From: Parvibaculaceae bacterium
GTDB taxonomy: Bacteria; Pseudomonadota; Alphaproteobacteria; JAPOUT01
Reading direction: 5' to 3'
Assembly: GCA_963457525.1 (NCBI GenBank)
Contig: OY734805.1
Span: forward strand, 2,219,150 to 2,283,149
Length of the DNA stretch: 64,000 bases
In this document: piece after piece, positions 48,816 through 58,101 of the stretch
Layout: each line of letters begins with the position of its first letter
How positions within the stretch are numbered: position 1 is the first letter of the stretch
Notes under the pieces: generated by a model
Database searches by the model: none
What the model saw: the letters and a program-made list of their open reading frames with translations, nothing else
Told to the model about the DNA's origin: nothing
Program-made: the position numbers and the translations under genes

Positions 48816-49065
48816 GGTGGATTTGCTGATGCCCGCATGATTCACCGATTGAGAAGCAAGGGAATTACTCCCTGTATTCTTGGCAGAAGTATGCGGAAGA
48901 AACTATCCGCTACAAGAAAGCACTCTGCAAAAGGCGTCACAAAATTGAAAACGCTTTTGCCAAAATAAAAGATTGCGCAGGGTGGCGAACCGCTACGACA
49001 GGCACCCGGATATGTTCCTTTCGGCTTGTGCTCTATCAGTATCAGTTTCGCTGATCAAAAGTCGC
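48816..49065 (+). pseudogene. Degraded 3' fragment of an IS5-family DDE transposase
   Basis: Three different frames read, in succession, FADARMIHRLRSKGITPCILGRSMRKK / YKKALCKRRHKIENAFAKIKD / RRVANRYDRHPDMFLSACALSVS. This matches the IS5-family C-terminal pattern (...Y-x-x-R-x-x-IE-x-F-x-x-lK-x-x-R-x-iAtRYDk...) with at least two frameshifts. Confidence 0.6.
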
Positions 49066-49405
49066 AATTTTTCTTTCTTGCAATACGCTCTAGCACCCGC
49101 CCACGCTTTTCTGCTGCTCGCATTTCAACCTGCTCGGTTTCGGTCAGGTCAAGACCAAGCCAAAGTGGAAAAAAGAAAAGACCAGCAATACCCCAAGCGA
49201 TATTTTCTGATCGTGCGTCACTTTTTTCACCAATCAAAGCATCTATATCGGCTTGAATCTCAACAAGTTCATTCTGAATCTGTTCGCAAGTGAGATTATC
49301 ATCACCGTGCTGCCTGGACGCAACGGGGTCGGCATCTCTGCCACCGCAAGCGGTAAGCAGGAGGGTTATTGGAAGCATGATTGCCACTATACGAAAATTA
49401 TTCAT
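49055..49405 (-). CDS. Hypothetical lipoprotein with an internal hydrophobic segment
   Basis: 116 aa. AAAGGA precedes the ATG. Lipobox LLLTAC, coiled-coil-like QIQNELVEIQADIDAL, and hydrophobic IAWGIAGLFFFPLWLGL. Confidence 0.5.
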   Translation of the reverse strand: MNNFRIVAIMLPITLLLTACGGRDADPVASRQHGDDNLTCEQIQNELVEIQADIDALIGEKSDARSENIAWGIAGLFFFPLWLGLDLTETEQVEMRAAEKRGRVLERIARKKNCDF

Positions 49406-49561
49406 TTGGACATCCTTTCTGATTGGTTTGAAAATGAGCGAACCACTTACTAGCAGGATACCGGCAAAAATACAACAAATCTCGGCAACTATTAGGGTAT
49501 TACGCTAAACTAATGGCATCCTCATGCGAATCGGGGCTTGTGACAACAGCTATATCACTCC

Positions 49562-49904
49562 GTTTATTTGAAAAAATGCAAAATCGTAATAAACACGCCC
49601 AGAAGACCAATGGCACCCATCATCCTCACGGTAAAGGAGTTGACGCTCTGCTCCATATCTGTGCGAAACTTTTCGCAATCCGTGCGAAACTCTTCAATTG
49701 CCTTCTCATTACTCGCTTGAAGCCGATCAATAGCGGCTTCGTGTTTGGTAAGAGCTACTTCGTTATCGGCTCTCAGCGTCTTCATGTTCGCCTCCACTTT
49801 CTCCCTCAACAAGTCAATTTGATGCTGTTGCTCGGCCGGTTTCCCCTTCGTTTCGGTGCCCGTTGCAACATATCCTCCGTATAGCTTTACAAAAAAATCG
49901 AATC
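49562..49904 (-). repeat. Dispersed repeat copy 2 (see 20671-21006)
   Basis: The reverse complement carries GATTCGATTTTTTTGTA, CAACAGCATCAAATTGACTTGTTGAGG and ATTACGATTTTGCATTTTTTCAAATAAAC, which match copy 1. Confidence 0.7.
49564..49812 (-). CDS. Tail-anchored coiled-coil protein, paralogue of 20713-21003 (N-terminus disrupted or TTG-initiated)
   Basis: 82 aa from the TTG at 49812. Homology to copy 1 continues in frame upstream (GTETKGKPAEQQHQIDLL), but the corresponding ATG (49871) is out of frame because of an 8-nt indel relative to copy 1. Confidence 0.5.
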   Translation of the reverse strand: MLREKVEANMKTLRADNEVALTKHEAAIDRLQASNEKAIEEFRTDCEKFRTDMEQSVNSFTVRMMGAIGLLGVFITILHFFK

Positions 49905-50376
49905 GACTCGAAACGATAACCGTTCCATTATACGAAAAGAGCAGTAGAGAGTGAATGAAAAACCCGATAAAACCGCATTATACAGACGATCCTTATTGAC
50001 CGGGAATCATTCCAGGCAACCCATGCCCCCAACGGCACCCTTGTTAATACGGCCGATAAGTCGGCTTCCCAACGGAAAGAATCAGTGCAGATGTCGTATC
50101 AAGATTGGCGCATAACCGCCCTGTAACCCTGATAAAAATTTGCATTTATGCGCTTTGTTTCCCGAATATGACGCATTTCTTTGATGAAGGGGCGAAATTC
50201 TCCAAAACCCGCGGTATATCGCCGATTCTCCGAATAAACGGCCAAAAGGCGTATTTTCCATTTTTCGCGCATTTTGGGGGTTAATCGGCGATTCTCCCGC
50301 GCGAATCAATTTTGAAAATCTGCCCTATGCCCAATCTTCGACTTGCCCTTTTGTTCCCGTAGTCGTATAGAAGGGA

Positions 50377-51303
50377 TTGATGTCACTTCCTTTTCCTCAT
50401 AAACATCTGCTGGGAATCGAAGGGCTCTCCCGTGACGACATCAGCACCCTCCTTGAACGCGCCAATCAATACGCCGAGAATCAGGTCTCGAACGCCGCTA
50501 AAATCCTCCGCGGCAAGACCATCATCACCCTTTTCTTTGAAGACTCGACAAGGACGCGAAGTTCCTTCGAACTCGCCGGCAAGCGCCTCGGCGCAAATCT
50601 GATGAATATGGCGCTGCGAACTTCATCCATGGGAAAAGGCGAAACCCTCATCGATACCGCCGTCACCCTAAACGCCATGAGCCCCGATCTCATTATCATA
50701 CGGCACAGCGCATCCGGTGCCGTTGCCCTGCTCTCGCAAAAAGTCGATTGTTCCGTTGTTAATGCCGGAGACGGCGCCCACGAGCATCCAACCCAGGCCC
50801 TCCTGGACGCCCTGACCATCCAGCGTGCAAAAGGCAAACTCGAAGGACTCCGCATTGCCATCTGCGGCGACATACTCCACAGCAGGGTTGCACGCTCCAA
50901 CATCCATCTTCTCACGACAATGGGGGCGCAAGTGAACGTTATCGCGCCGACATCGCTCCTGCCCAAGGGCATCGAAGATATCGGCGCAAAGGCGTATACC
51001 AACATGCGCGAGGGACTCAAGGATTGCGACATTGTCATGGCCCTGCGACTCCAGCGCGAACGAATGGGTGATTCTTTCATTCCGTCCACGCAGGAATATT
51101 TCCATCGCTACGGCCTGGACCGCGAAAAGCTCTCCTACGCCAAACCCGACGCTCTCGTCATGCATCCCGGACCCATGAACCGGGGCGTTGAAATCGACAG
51201 CGACATCGCCGACGATCCGAACAAAAGCCTCATTCGCACGCAAGTCTCCATGGGCATCGCCGTGAGAATGGCGGCCCTCGACCTCCTCAGCCAAAACGCA
51301 TAA
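50377..51303 (+). CDS. pyrB: Aspartate carbamoyltransferase catalytic subunit
   Basis: Contains [20 protein letters not shown]...RHSASGA...[10 protein letters not shown]...[11 protein letters not shown]; 308 aa. Confidence 0.95.
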   Translation: MMSLPFPHKHLLGIEGLSRDDISTLLERANQYAENQVSNAAKILRGKTIITLFFEDSTRTRSSFELAGKRLGANLMNMALRTSSMGKGETLIDTAVTLNAMSPDLIIIRHSASGAVALLSQKVDCSVVNAGDGAHEHPTQALLDALTIQRAKGKLEGLRIAICGDILHSRVARSNIHLLTTMGAQVNVIAPTSLLPKGIEDIGAKAYTNMREGLKDCDIVMALRLQRERMGDSFIPSTQEYFHRYGLDREKLSYAKPDALVMHPGPMNRGVEIDSDIADDPNKSLIRTQVSMGIAVRMAALDLLSQNA

Positions 51304-51305
51304 CC

Positions 51306-52580
51306 ATGTTTCTCCACAACGCCCGTCTCCTTGACCCCGCAAACAATATCGACCGCAACGGGTCCCTCCTGCTCGACAAGGGACGCATCAAGGCCGTTGA
51401 CCCTGCCGAGAAAGACATCCCCAAAAAAGTCGAGCGCATCGATTGCAAAGGCAACATTCTCACACCCGGCCTCATCGATATCTGCACCTTCACCGGCGAG
51501 CCCGGTTCCGAATATCGGGAAACCCTGGCAAGCGCATCCAACGCTGCGGCCGCGGGCGGCATCACCTCCTTCGCCGTCCTGCCGAACACAAACCCCGTCA
51601 TTGACAACATCGCGCTCGTTGATTTCATCAAACGGCGCGCCCGGGCCCAGGCAAAAACCCACGTCTATCCCCTCGCCGCGCTCACCAAAGGATGCAAAGG
51701 CGAGCAGATGACGGAAATCGCGCTCCTGCGCGATGCCGGCGCGCGGGCGTTCACCGACGGTGAAAACGCCCTGACCGATTCACAACTCATGCGTCGCATC
51801 ATGGAGTATGCAACGGATGTGGACGCCCTCATCGTTCAATACGCCCTCGAGCCCCGCCTGTGCGGCGACGGAGTCATGCACGAGGGCGCGCTCGCCACCC
51901 GGCTCGGCCTCAAAGGCATCCCCCCTGCCGCCGAGACCACCCTCATCGAGCGCGACCTTCGACTTGTCGAACTCACCGGCGTTCAATACCACGTCGCCCA
52001 GGCCTCGTGCAGCGACACCGTTGATCTTGTTCGCAATGCCAAAGACAAGGGGCTTCCCGTCACCTGCGGAGTTGCCGCCACGCATCTCGCGCTGACGCAG
52101 GACGGTGTCGGTGAATACAGAACCTTCCTAAAACTCATGCCTCCGCTTCGAAGCGAGAATGACCGGCTTGCCCTCGTGGACGCGCTTCAAGACGGAACCA
52201 TCGATGTCATCACCTCCAACCACAAACCCGAAGACCCCGAAACCAAACGCCAGCCCTTCGCCATCGCATCCTTCGGCTCGGTCGGACTCGAGACCATGCT
52301 CTCCGCAAGCCTCATCCCGGTTGCCGAGGGGCGGCTCACCTTATCCCGTGCAATCACCGCTATGACAACAACGCCTGCAGACTTGCTCGGACTTAAAGCC
52401 GGGAGACTCGTTGCCGGCGCGCCCGCCGACATCACCGTCTTCGACACGGAAGCGGAATGGAAAGTGGATGCCGATTCCCTTTGTTCCAAAGCTCACAACT
52501 CCGCTTTCGACGAGCAGACGCTCCGGGGGAAAATTCTCCACACCATCGTGGATGGAAACATTGTCTTCACGGCCGGGTAG
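51306..52580 (+). CDS. Dihydroorotase-like protein, probably the non-catalytic PyrC' type
   Basis: 424 aa amidohydrolase fold directly after pyrB. The canonical D-x-H-x-H metal motif is replaced by DICTF (PGLIDICTFTGEPG). Confidence 0.8.
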   Translation: MFLHNARLLDPANNIDRNGSLLLDKGRIKAVDPAEKDIPKKVERIDCKGNILTPGLIDICTFTGEPGSEYRETLASASNAAAAGGITSFAVLPNTNPVIDNIALVDFIKRRARAQAKTHVYPLAALTKGCKGEQMTEIALLRDAGARAFTDGENALTDSQLMRRIMEYATDVDALIVQYALEPRLCGDGVMHEGALATRLGLKGIPPAAETTLIERDLRLVELTGVQYHVAQASCSDTVDLVRNAKDKGLPVTCGVAATHLALTQDGVGEYRTFLKLMPPLRSENDRLALVDALQDGTIDVITSNHKPEDPETKRQPFAIASFGSVGLETMLSASLIPVAEGRLTLSRAITAMTTTPADLLGLKAGRLVAGAPADITVFDTEAEWKVDADSLCSKAHNSAFDEQTLRGKILHTIVDGNIVFTAG

Positions 52581-52586
52581 AAAACA

Positions 52587-53189
52587 ATGGAAGTATTGTT
52601 CAACATTCCGTTTGCAATAGAGGTTGCGCTTTGGCTCGGTGCATACCTTATCGGTTCCGTTTCGTTTGGATATTTGGCATTGCGCGCAACCGGACACGGA
52701 GATATCCGCACCATGGGATCCAAGGGAACGGGCGCAACCAACGCGCTGCGCATCGCGGGCAAGGCCGTCGGCGCGGCCGTTCTCATTGGCGACCTTGCCA
52801 AAGGCGCAATCCCCGTCGCCCTTGCCCTCGCATACGGCAACGACAAACTCGCCCTGCTCGTTGCGTCCGGAATCTTCTTCGGCCACCTCTTTCCGTGCTG
52901 GCTTAACTTCAAGGGCGGGAAAGCCGTTGCCTCCCTCATCGGCGTCACGCTCGTGCTCGACTGGCGCATCGCCGTCGCTTTCTGCATCTGCTGGGTCATC
53001 GTTGCGGGGCTCACGCGATACTCGTCGCTCGCATCTCTGGCCTCCGTAATCATAATGCCGGTAAGCGCCGCGCTCCTTGATGCGGACCGGTTCATACTCC
53101 CCGCCATTGTGGCTATGCTATTCGTTATATACGCCCATCGTGCGAACATTCAGCGGCTTCTCAATCGGACTGAAACCAAAATCACTTGA
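52587..53189 (+). CDS. plsY: Glycerol-3-phosphate acyltransferase PlsY
   Basis: 200 aa with YLIGSVSFGYL...GSKGTGATNALR...GHLFPCWLNFKGGKAVA. Confidence 0.9.
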   Translation: MEVLFNIPFAIEVALWLGAYLIGSVSFGYLALRATGHGDIRTMGSKGTGATNALRIAGKAVGAAVLIGDLAKGAIPVALALAYGNDKLALLVASGIFFGHLFPCWLNFKGGKAVASLIGVTLVLDWRIAVAFCICWVIVAGLTRYSSLASLASVIIMPVSAALLDADRFILPAIVAMLFVIYAHRANIQRLLNRTETKIT

Positions 53190-53246
53190 CAAGCATAGCG
53201 AAATGTTTAACCCTTCTTTCGTTTTAACAAAACAGGAAATCCGAAT

Positions 53247-55955
53247 ATGAACCTTGTCATTGTCGAGTCACCTGCAAAAGCAAAAACTATCGAGAAGTAT
53301 CTCGGTGGCGAATTCAAAGTGCTTGCCTCCTACGGGCATGTCCGCGACCTTGTTCCCAAGGACGGTTCCGTTCTGCCCGACGAGAACTTCAAGATGATCT
53401 GGGAAAAACGGGGCGACAAAAACTCGAGCAAGAACTTCAGCGCCATCGCAAGCGCCGTCAAGGGGGCGGACAGGCTCATCCTGGCGACCGACCCCGACCG
53501 CGAGGGCGAGGCCATCGCCTGGCATGTCCTCGAAATGCTCAACGAGAAGGGTCTGCTGAAAAAGGCGAAAGTCGAGCGCATCAGTTTCAACGCCATCACC
53601 AAGGCCTCCGTTCAGGATGCAATGAAGCAGCCGCGCGACCTCGACCAGGAACTCATTGACGCATACCTGGCACGAAGGGCCCTCGACTATCTCGTTGGCT
53701 TCAACCTCTCTCCCGTGCTGTGGCGCAAGCTTCCCGGATCCCGCTCCGCCGGCCGGGTCCAATCCGTTGCGCTCAGACTCATTTGCCAAAGGGAACTCGA
53801 AATCGAAACCTTTGTGAGCCAAGAGTATTGGACGATAGATGCAAAAATGTTCGGCAAGGACGCCGATGCGATCTTCTCCGCTTCCGCGACCGCATGGAAC
53901 GGCGAGAAGTTGGAAAAATTCTCCCTTCCCGACGAAGCAACCGCCGAGCGCCTGCGCAAGGACATCGAGAGCGCCAAGGGCTTCCGCGTTCAAAAACTTG
54001 AAAGCAAGGAGACGCGTCGAAATCCCGCGCCGCCCTTCATCACGTCAAGCCTGCAGCAGGAAGCCTCGCGAAAACTCGGATTCCCGGCCGACAGAACCAT
54101 GCGCGTCGCCCAGCGGCTCTATGAAGGCGTATCCCTGGGCGGCGGCGATCCCCAGGGGCTCATCACATACATGCGGACCGACGGCGTGCAAATGGCTCCC
54201 GAAGCCGTTAATGCCGTGCGCAGCACCATAATCAAGAGCTTCGATGCCGACTACCTGCCCGAAAAGCCCCGCGTCTATAAAAGCAAGGCCAAAAACGCAC
54301 AAGAGGCCCACGAAGCCATCCGTCCCGTTGATCCCTCGCGACACCCGAACGACATTCGCTCGTATCTCTCGGAAGAGGAAGCGAAACTCTACGAACTCGT
54401 ATGGAAGCGCGCGATTGCGAGTCAGATGGCGAGCGCGCGCTTGCGCCAGACACGCGTGGACATCAACGCCGAGGGCGCCGAAGTCTCGCTCCGGGCAAAC
54501 GGCTCGATCATGATATTCGACGGATTCCTCAAACTCTACCGGGAAACCGTCGAGGGCGCCGAAGACGACCGCGACCGCATTCTCCCTCCGATGGAAGAAG
54601 GCGAGGCGCTGCAATTGAAAAGCGTTCATCCCGAACAGCATTTTACGGAACCCCCTCCCCGCTTCACCGAAGCCTCCCTGGTCAAAAGGCTGGAGGAGCT
54701 GGGCATCGGGCGTCCGTCCACCTACGCTTCAATCCTGGCATTGTTGCGCGATCGCGGCTATGTCCAGTTGCAGGGGCGCGCCTTTGTTCCCGAAGACCGC
54801 GGCAGGATTGTCACGGCTTTTCTTGAGCGCTTCTTCGAAAAATATCTGGACTATGATTTTACGGCGCAGTTGGAAGAAAACCTCGACAGCGTCAGTGACG
54901 GAAAACTCGATTGGAAGCAGCTCCTCGGGGATTTCTGGCGCGACTTCTTCAGCGTTGTCGAGAAGACGAAAGAATTGCGCATCACCGAAGTGCTCGACCA
55001 CCTCAACGAAAGCCTTGCAGTGTACCTCTTCCCGGAAAAAGAAGACGGAAGCCCCCCGCGGGAATGCCCGACCTGCAAAGAGGGCGAACTCAGCATCAAG
55101 GTCGGACGCTTCGGCGCTTTCATCGGATGCTCGCGATACCCCGATTGCAAGCACACCCGCCCGTTTGCGGCCGCCGACGGCGATGCGTCCGCGCAGGAAG
55201 ACCAGTCCCTCGGCACCGATCCGGACAGCGGCGAAGAAGTCGTCCGCAAAAGCGGGCGCTTCGGCCCCTACCTGCAACTCGGCGAGGGCAGCAAAGAATC
55301 ACCGCCCAAACGCGTGTCCATTCCGCCCTCGTTCAACAACGACGAACTTGATTTGGAAAAAGCCCTGTCGTTGCTGGCGCTGCCCCGGGAGATAGGCCCG
55401 CATCCGGAAACCGGAGACATGATTGTCGCGGGTCTCGGACGATACGGCCCGTATTTGCTGTATCAGAAGAAATACACCAAATTGGAATCCGTTGAAGATG
55501 CTCTTACCGTTGGCGTCAACCGGGCGGTCGAAGTGCTCGCACAGCCGAGGCAGGCGCGCCGGGGCCGGGCCGTTGTCGAACCCTTGCGCAAACTCGGCGA
55601 ACATCCCGACGACGGAGAACCCGTGAACATCCTGTCGGGCCGTTACGGCCCCTATGTCAAGCACGGTAAAATAAATGCAACGATACCGCGCGACAGGCAG
55701 GTTGAGGAACTCACTCTCGAGGAGGCCGTTGAACTGATTGCCGCACGCGCCGCAAAAGTCGGGGCAAAAAAATCACGCACGCGCGCTAAAACCAAAACGA
55801 AGACGAAGACGAAAACAAAGACTAAAAGTAAAAGTAAAGCGAAAACAAAATCAAAAGCCAAAGTGAAAGCCAAGGCGAAAACGAAAACAAAAGTGAATGC
55901 GAAAGCGAAAACAAGCGCAAGCGCGGAAGAACCCCCGGACACGGAATCATCGTAA
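53247..55955 (+). CDS. topA: DNA topoisomerase I with a lysine-rich low-complexity C-terminal tail
   Basis: 902 aa. Begins MNLVIVESPAKAKTIEKYLG (Toprim), with the GLITYMRTDG active-site region and C-terminal Zn-ribbon/Topo_C repeats. The tail reads KTKTKTKTKTKTKSKSKAKTKSKAKVKAKAKTKTKVNAKAKT. Confidence 0.95.
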   Translation: MNLVIVESPAKAKTIEKYLGGEFKVLASYGHVRDLVPKDGSVLPDENFKMIWEKRGDKNSSKNFSAIASAVKGADRLILATDPDREGEAIAWHVLEMLNEKGLLKKAKVERISFNAITKASVQDAMKQPRDLDQELIDAYLARRALDYLVGFNLSPVLWRKLPGSRSAGRVQSVALRLICQRELEIETFVSQEYWTIDAKMFGKDADAIFSASATAWNGEKLEKFSLPDEATAERLRKDIESAKGFRVQKLESKETRRNPAPPFITSSLQQEASRKLGFPADRTMRVAQRLYEGVSLGGGDPQGLITYMRTDGVQMAPEAVNAVRSTIIKSFDADYLPEKPRVYKSKAKNAQEAHEAIRPVDPSRHPNDIRSYLSEEEAKLYELVWKRAIASQMASARLRQTRVDINAEGAEVSLRANGSIMIFDGFLKLYRETVEGAEDDRDRILPPMEEGEALQLKSVHPEQHFTEPPPRFTEASLVKRLEELGIGRPSTYASILALLRDRGYVQLQGRAFVPEDRGRIVTAFLERFFEKYLDYDFTAQLEENLDSVSDGKLDWKQLLGDFWRDFFSVVEKTKELRITEVLDHLNESLAVYLFPEKEDGSPPRECPTCKEGELSIKVGRFGAFIGCSRYPDCKHTRPFAAADGDASAQEDQSLGTDPDSGEEVVRKSGRFGPYLQLGEGSKESPPKRVSIPPSFNNDELDLEKALSLLALPREIGPHPETGDMIVAGLGRYGPYLLYQKKYTKLESVEDALTVGVNRAVEVLAQPRQARRGRAVVEPLRKLGEHPDDGEPVNILSGRYGPYVKHGKINATIPRDRQVEELTLEEAVELIAARAAKVGAKKSRTRAKTKTKTKTKTKTKSKSKAKTKSKAKVKAKAKTKTKVNAKAKTSASAEEPPDTESS
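55786..55913 (+). repeat. Low-complexity AAR/ACN/GCN codon repeat encoding the (K-T/K-A/K-S)n tail of TopA
   Basis: Visible as aaaaccaaaacgaagacgaagacgaaaacaaagactaaaagtaaaagtaaagcg... Confidence 0.8.
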
Positions 55956-55983
55956 AAATCACGAAAGCACGGCAAGGCCTTCG

Positions 55984-57939
55984 GTGGCCCTGCTTCGCCT
56001 TACGGGAAGAACCCGCGACGGCGACATCCGCGCAAATTATCAATCACGGCAGGTCGACGGAATCTTGCTGCCTTCGGGCTCAAGACGCGGAGCGTGGCGC
56101 GATTTAGGAACGCTCAGGGACGGCGATACGGTTCTTGCCCGCCTGACGTGGAACGATAACGGAGACTCGTTTACGGCAAGCGTCATTCGGCGACTCTCCC
56201 AGGAGCGTCCGCCCATATTGGGATTGTTTCGCAGGGAGGGAAAAACAAACCTGATTGAGCCCGTTGATAAGCGCGACCGCAACCAATACCGCGTCTCCGC
56301 AAACCACGCCGAAGGCGCACGCGACGGCGATCTGGTGACCGCGGAAATCCTGCCCGGCGGCAGGTATACGGCCCGGCAGGCAAAAGTCACCGCCAATCAC
56401 GGCGCGCTGGAGACGCGCGCGGGCCTCTCCCTAATCGCAATACACCAACACGATATTCCCCTCTCCTTCTCGAAGGAAACCCTTGAAGAAGTCGCGGCGC
56501 TTCAAGCCATCGAATATACGGGCGCCGAAAAGGACGCACGCCTTGACCTGCGCGACATCCCCCTCGTTACCATCGACCCCAGGGATGCCCGGGACCATGA
56601 TGATGCCGTCTGGGCGAAAGCGGATGACGATCCCAAGAACCTGGGCGGATGGATCGTATTCGTCGCCATCGCCGATGTCTCGGCGTATGTTTCGCCCGAG
56701 AGCGCGCTAGACCGGGATGCCCGCAAACGGGGCAACTCGACGTATTTCCCCGACCGCGTGCTTCCCATGCTGCCCGAGCGGCTCAGTGCCGACCTCTGCT
56801 CCCTGCGTGCCGGGGAAGACCGCCCCTGCATGGTCGCACGCATGATCTTCGACAAAAACGGCCGCAAACGCTCGCATTCTTTCGCACGCGCGATGATGAA
56901 ATCCGCCGCCTTCCTGACCTACGAACAGGCGCAGGCGGCCATAGACGGCAAACCCGACGATATTTGCCGAGAATTACTCGAATCAACGCTCAAGCCTCTG
57001 TGGGGAGCCTATCGCGCCCTGGCCAAAGCACGCGAGCTGCGGCAGCCTTTGGAATTGGAAATGCCCGAGTATCGCATCCGGGTCGAGAAATCCGGCAAAC
57101 TCACAAGCATTGAGCCGACCGAGCGTCTCGATGCCCATCGGCTCGTTGAGGAATTCATGATTGCCGCCAACAGCGCCGTTGCACAAGAGCTTCGAGGACA
57201 TCCCCTCATCCACCGAAACCACGAATCTCCCGCGCAGGAGAAGTCCGAACAATTGCGCGAGTTTCTGCGTGCGCTGCATCTCCGGGCGAGCGTGCAATCC
57301 GCTCCCAAACCGAAAGACTTTAACGACATTTTGCGCGGCATCGATGATGAAGACATGCATGCAATCATCGGCGAAGCAATACTGCGCTCGCAGACACAGG
57401 CCTTCTACGGCACCGAACCTCTCGGGCATTTTGGTTTGCAACTGCGCGACTATGCGCACTTCACCTCCCCTATCCGCCGGTACGCCGACCTCACCGTGCA
57501 TCGGGCCCTGCTGTCGCTTTTGACGGGCGATAAAAAGAAGCAGGCGGCCCTCGAGGAAACCGCCGCGCATATCTCCGAGACGGAACGCAGGTCGGTTGCC
57601 GCCGAGCGGGATACCGCCGCACGATACATGGCGATGAATCTTTCCGAGCGCATCGGCGAGCGCCTGGAGGGGCGCATTACAGGCGTCTCCCGCGCGGGGC
57701 TCTTCATCCGGCCCCATGCAAGCGCTGCCGACGGCTTTGCCCCCGTTGCACGCTTGCCGGGCGGGTATTTCCGCTTTGAACCATCGAGATTCGCTATGAT
57801 TGGGCGTTCACGAGGGCTATCTTATCGAATCGGCAATACGGTAAAAGTAAAAATCGCCGAGGCTAATCCTCTCACAGGTGGATTGATTTTAGATGTGCTA
57901 CCAGAGAATCACAAACCGAATCGCCAATCGAATCACTAG
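55984..57939 (+). CDS. rnr: Ribonuclease R (RNase II/R family)
   Basis: The RNB domain is present (TIDPRDARDHDDAVWA, NSTYFPDRVLPMLPERLS, FTSPIRRYADLTVHR), with a C-terminal S1-like region. I chose the GTG at 55984, just after the topA stop, so the start is uncertain. The ORF-track ATG at 55897 overlaps the topA tail. Confidence 0.8.
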   Translation: MALLRLTGRTRDGDIRANYQSRQVDGILLPSGSRRGAWRDLGTLRDGDTVLARLTWNDNGDSFTASVIRRLSQERPPILGLFRREGKTNLIEPVDKRDRNQYRVSANHAEGARDGDLVTAEILPGGRYTARQAKVTANHGALETRAGLSLIAIHQHDIPLSFSKETLEEVAALQAIEYTGAEKDARLDLRDIPLVTIDPRDARDHDDAVWAKADDDPKNLGGWIVFVAIADVSAYVSPESALDRDARKRGNSTYFPDRVLPMLPERLSADLCSLRAGEDRPCMVARMIFDKNGRKRSHSFARAMMKSAAFLTYEQAQAAIDGKPDDICRELLESTLKPLWGAYRALAKARELRQPLELEMPEYRIRVEKSGKLTSIEPTERLDAHRLVEEFMIAANSAVAQELRGHPLIHRNHESPAQEKSEQLREFLRALHLRASVQSAPKPKDFNDILRGIDDEDMHAIIGEAILRSQTQAFYGTEPLGHFGLQLRDYAHFTSPIRRYADLTVHRALLSLLTGDKKKQAALEETAAHISETERRSVAAERDTAARYMAMNLSERIGERLEGRITGVSRAGLFIRPHASAADGFAPVARLPGGYFRFEPSRFAMIGRSRGLSYRIGNTVKVKIAEANPLTGGLILDVLPENHKPNRQSNH

Positions 57940-58101
57940 CTAAATCGAATCAGTAACACTTAACCTTTGAATGTAATACGCTTGTGAATAGAGACAGAAA
58001 TGAAACAAGGTGCTACAAGAGATTGGGGCGGTCGATTCTCTATCGACTCGTATACAGATTCATGCCACAGTATTCTAAACCTAAGCGAGGGAGGGATTTA
58101 A

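Noticed and set aside
47835-50264. Possible inverted repeat flanking the ruvX-pyrB islet (47835-47849 versus 50250-50264, 13 of 15 matching)
   Set aside because: The match is short and imperfect. Given the size of the two flanks searched, about 0.05 such matches are expected by chance. That is marginal and not convincing without comparative data.
50082-50309. A 75-aa minus-strand ORF upstream of pyrB
   Set aside because: It has no ribosome-binding site and spans the repeated non-coding motifs. Its composition looks non-coding.
55652-56043. Minus-strand ORFs across the topA tail, and the ATG at 55897 as the start of rnr
   Set aside because: They are antisense or overlapping artefacts generated by the low-complexity lysine-codon repeat. 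The first 29 codons of the long rnr form lie inside topA.
57940-58101. A search for a purine or ZTP riboswitch upstream of purM
   Set aside because: I could not find the conserved ZTP (pfl) or purine-riboswitch core sequences or pairings by eye. A covariance-model scan would be needed to exclude them.
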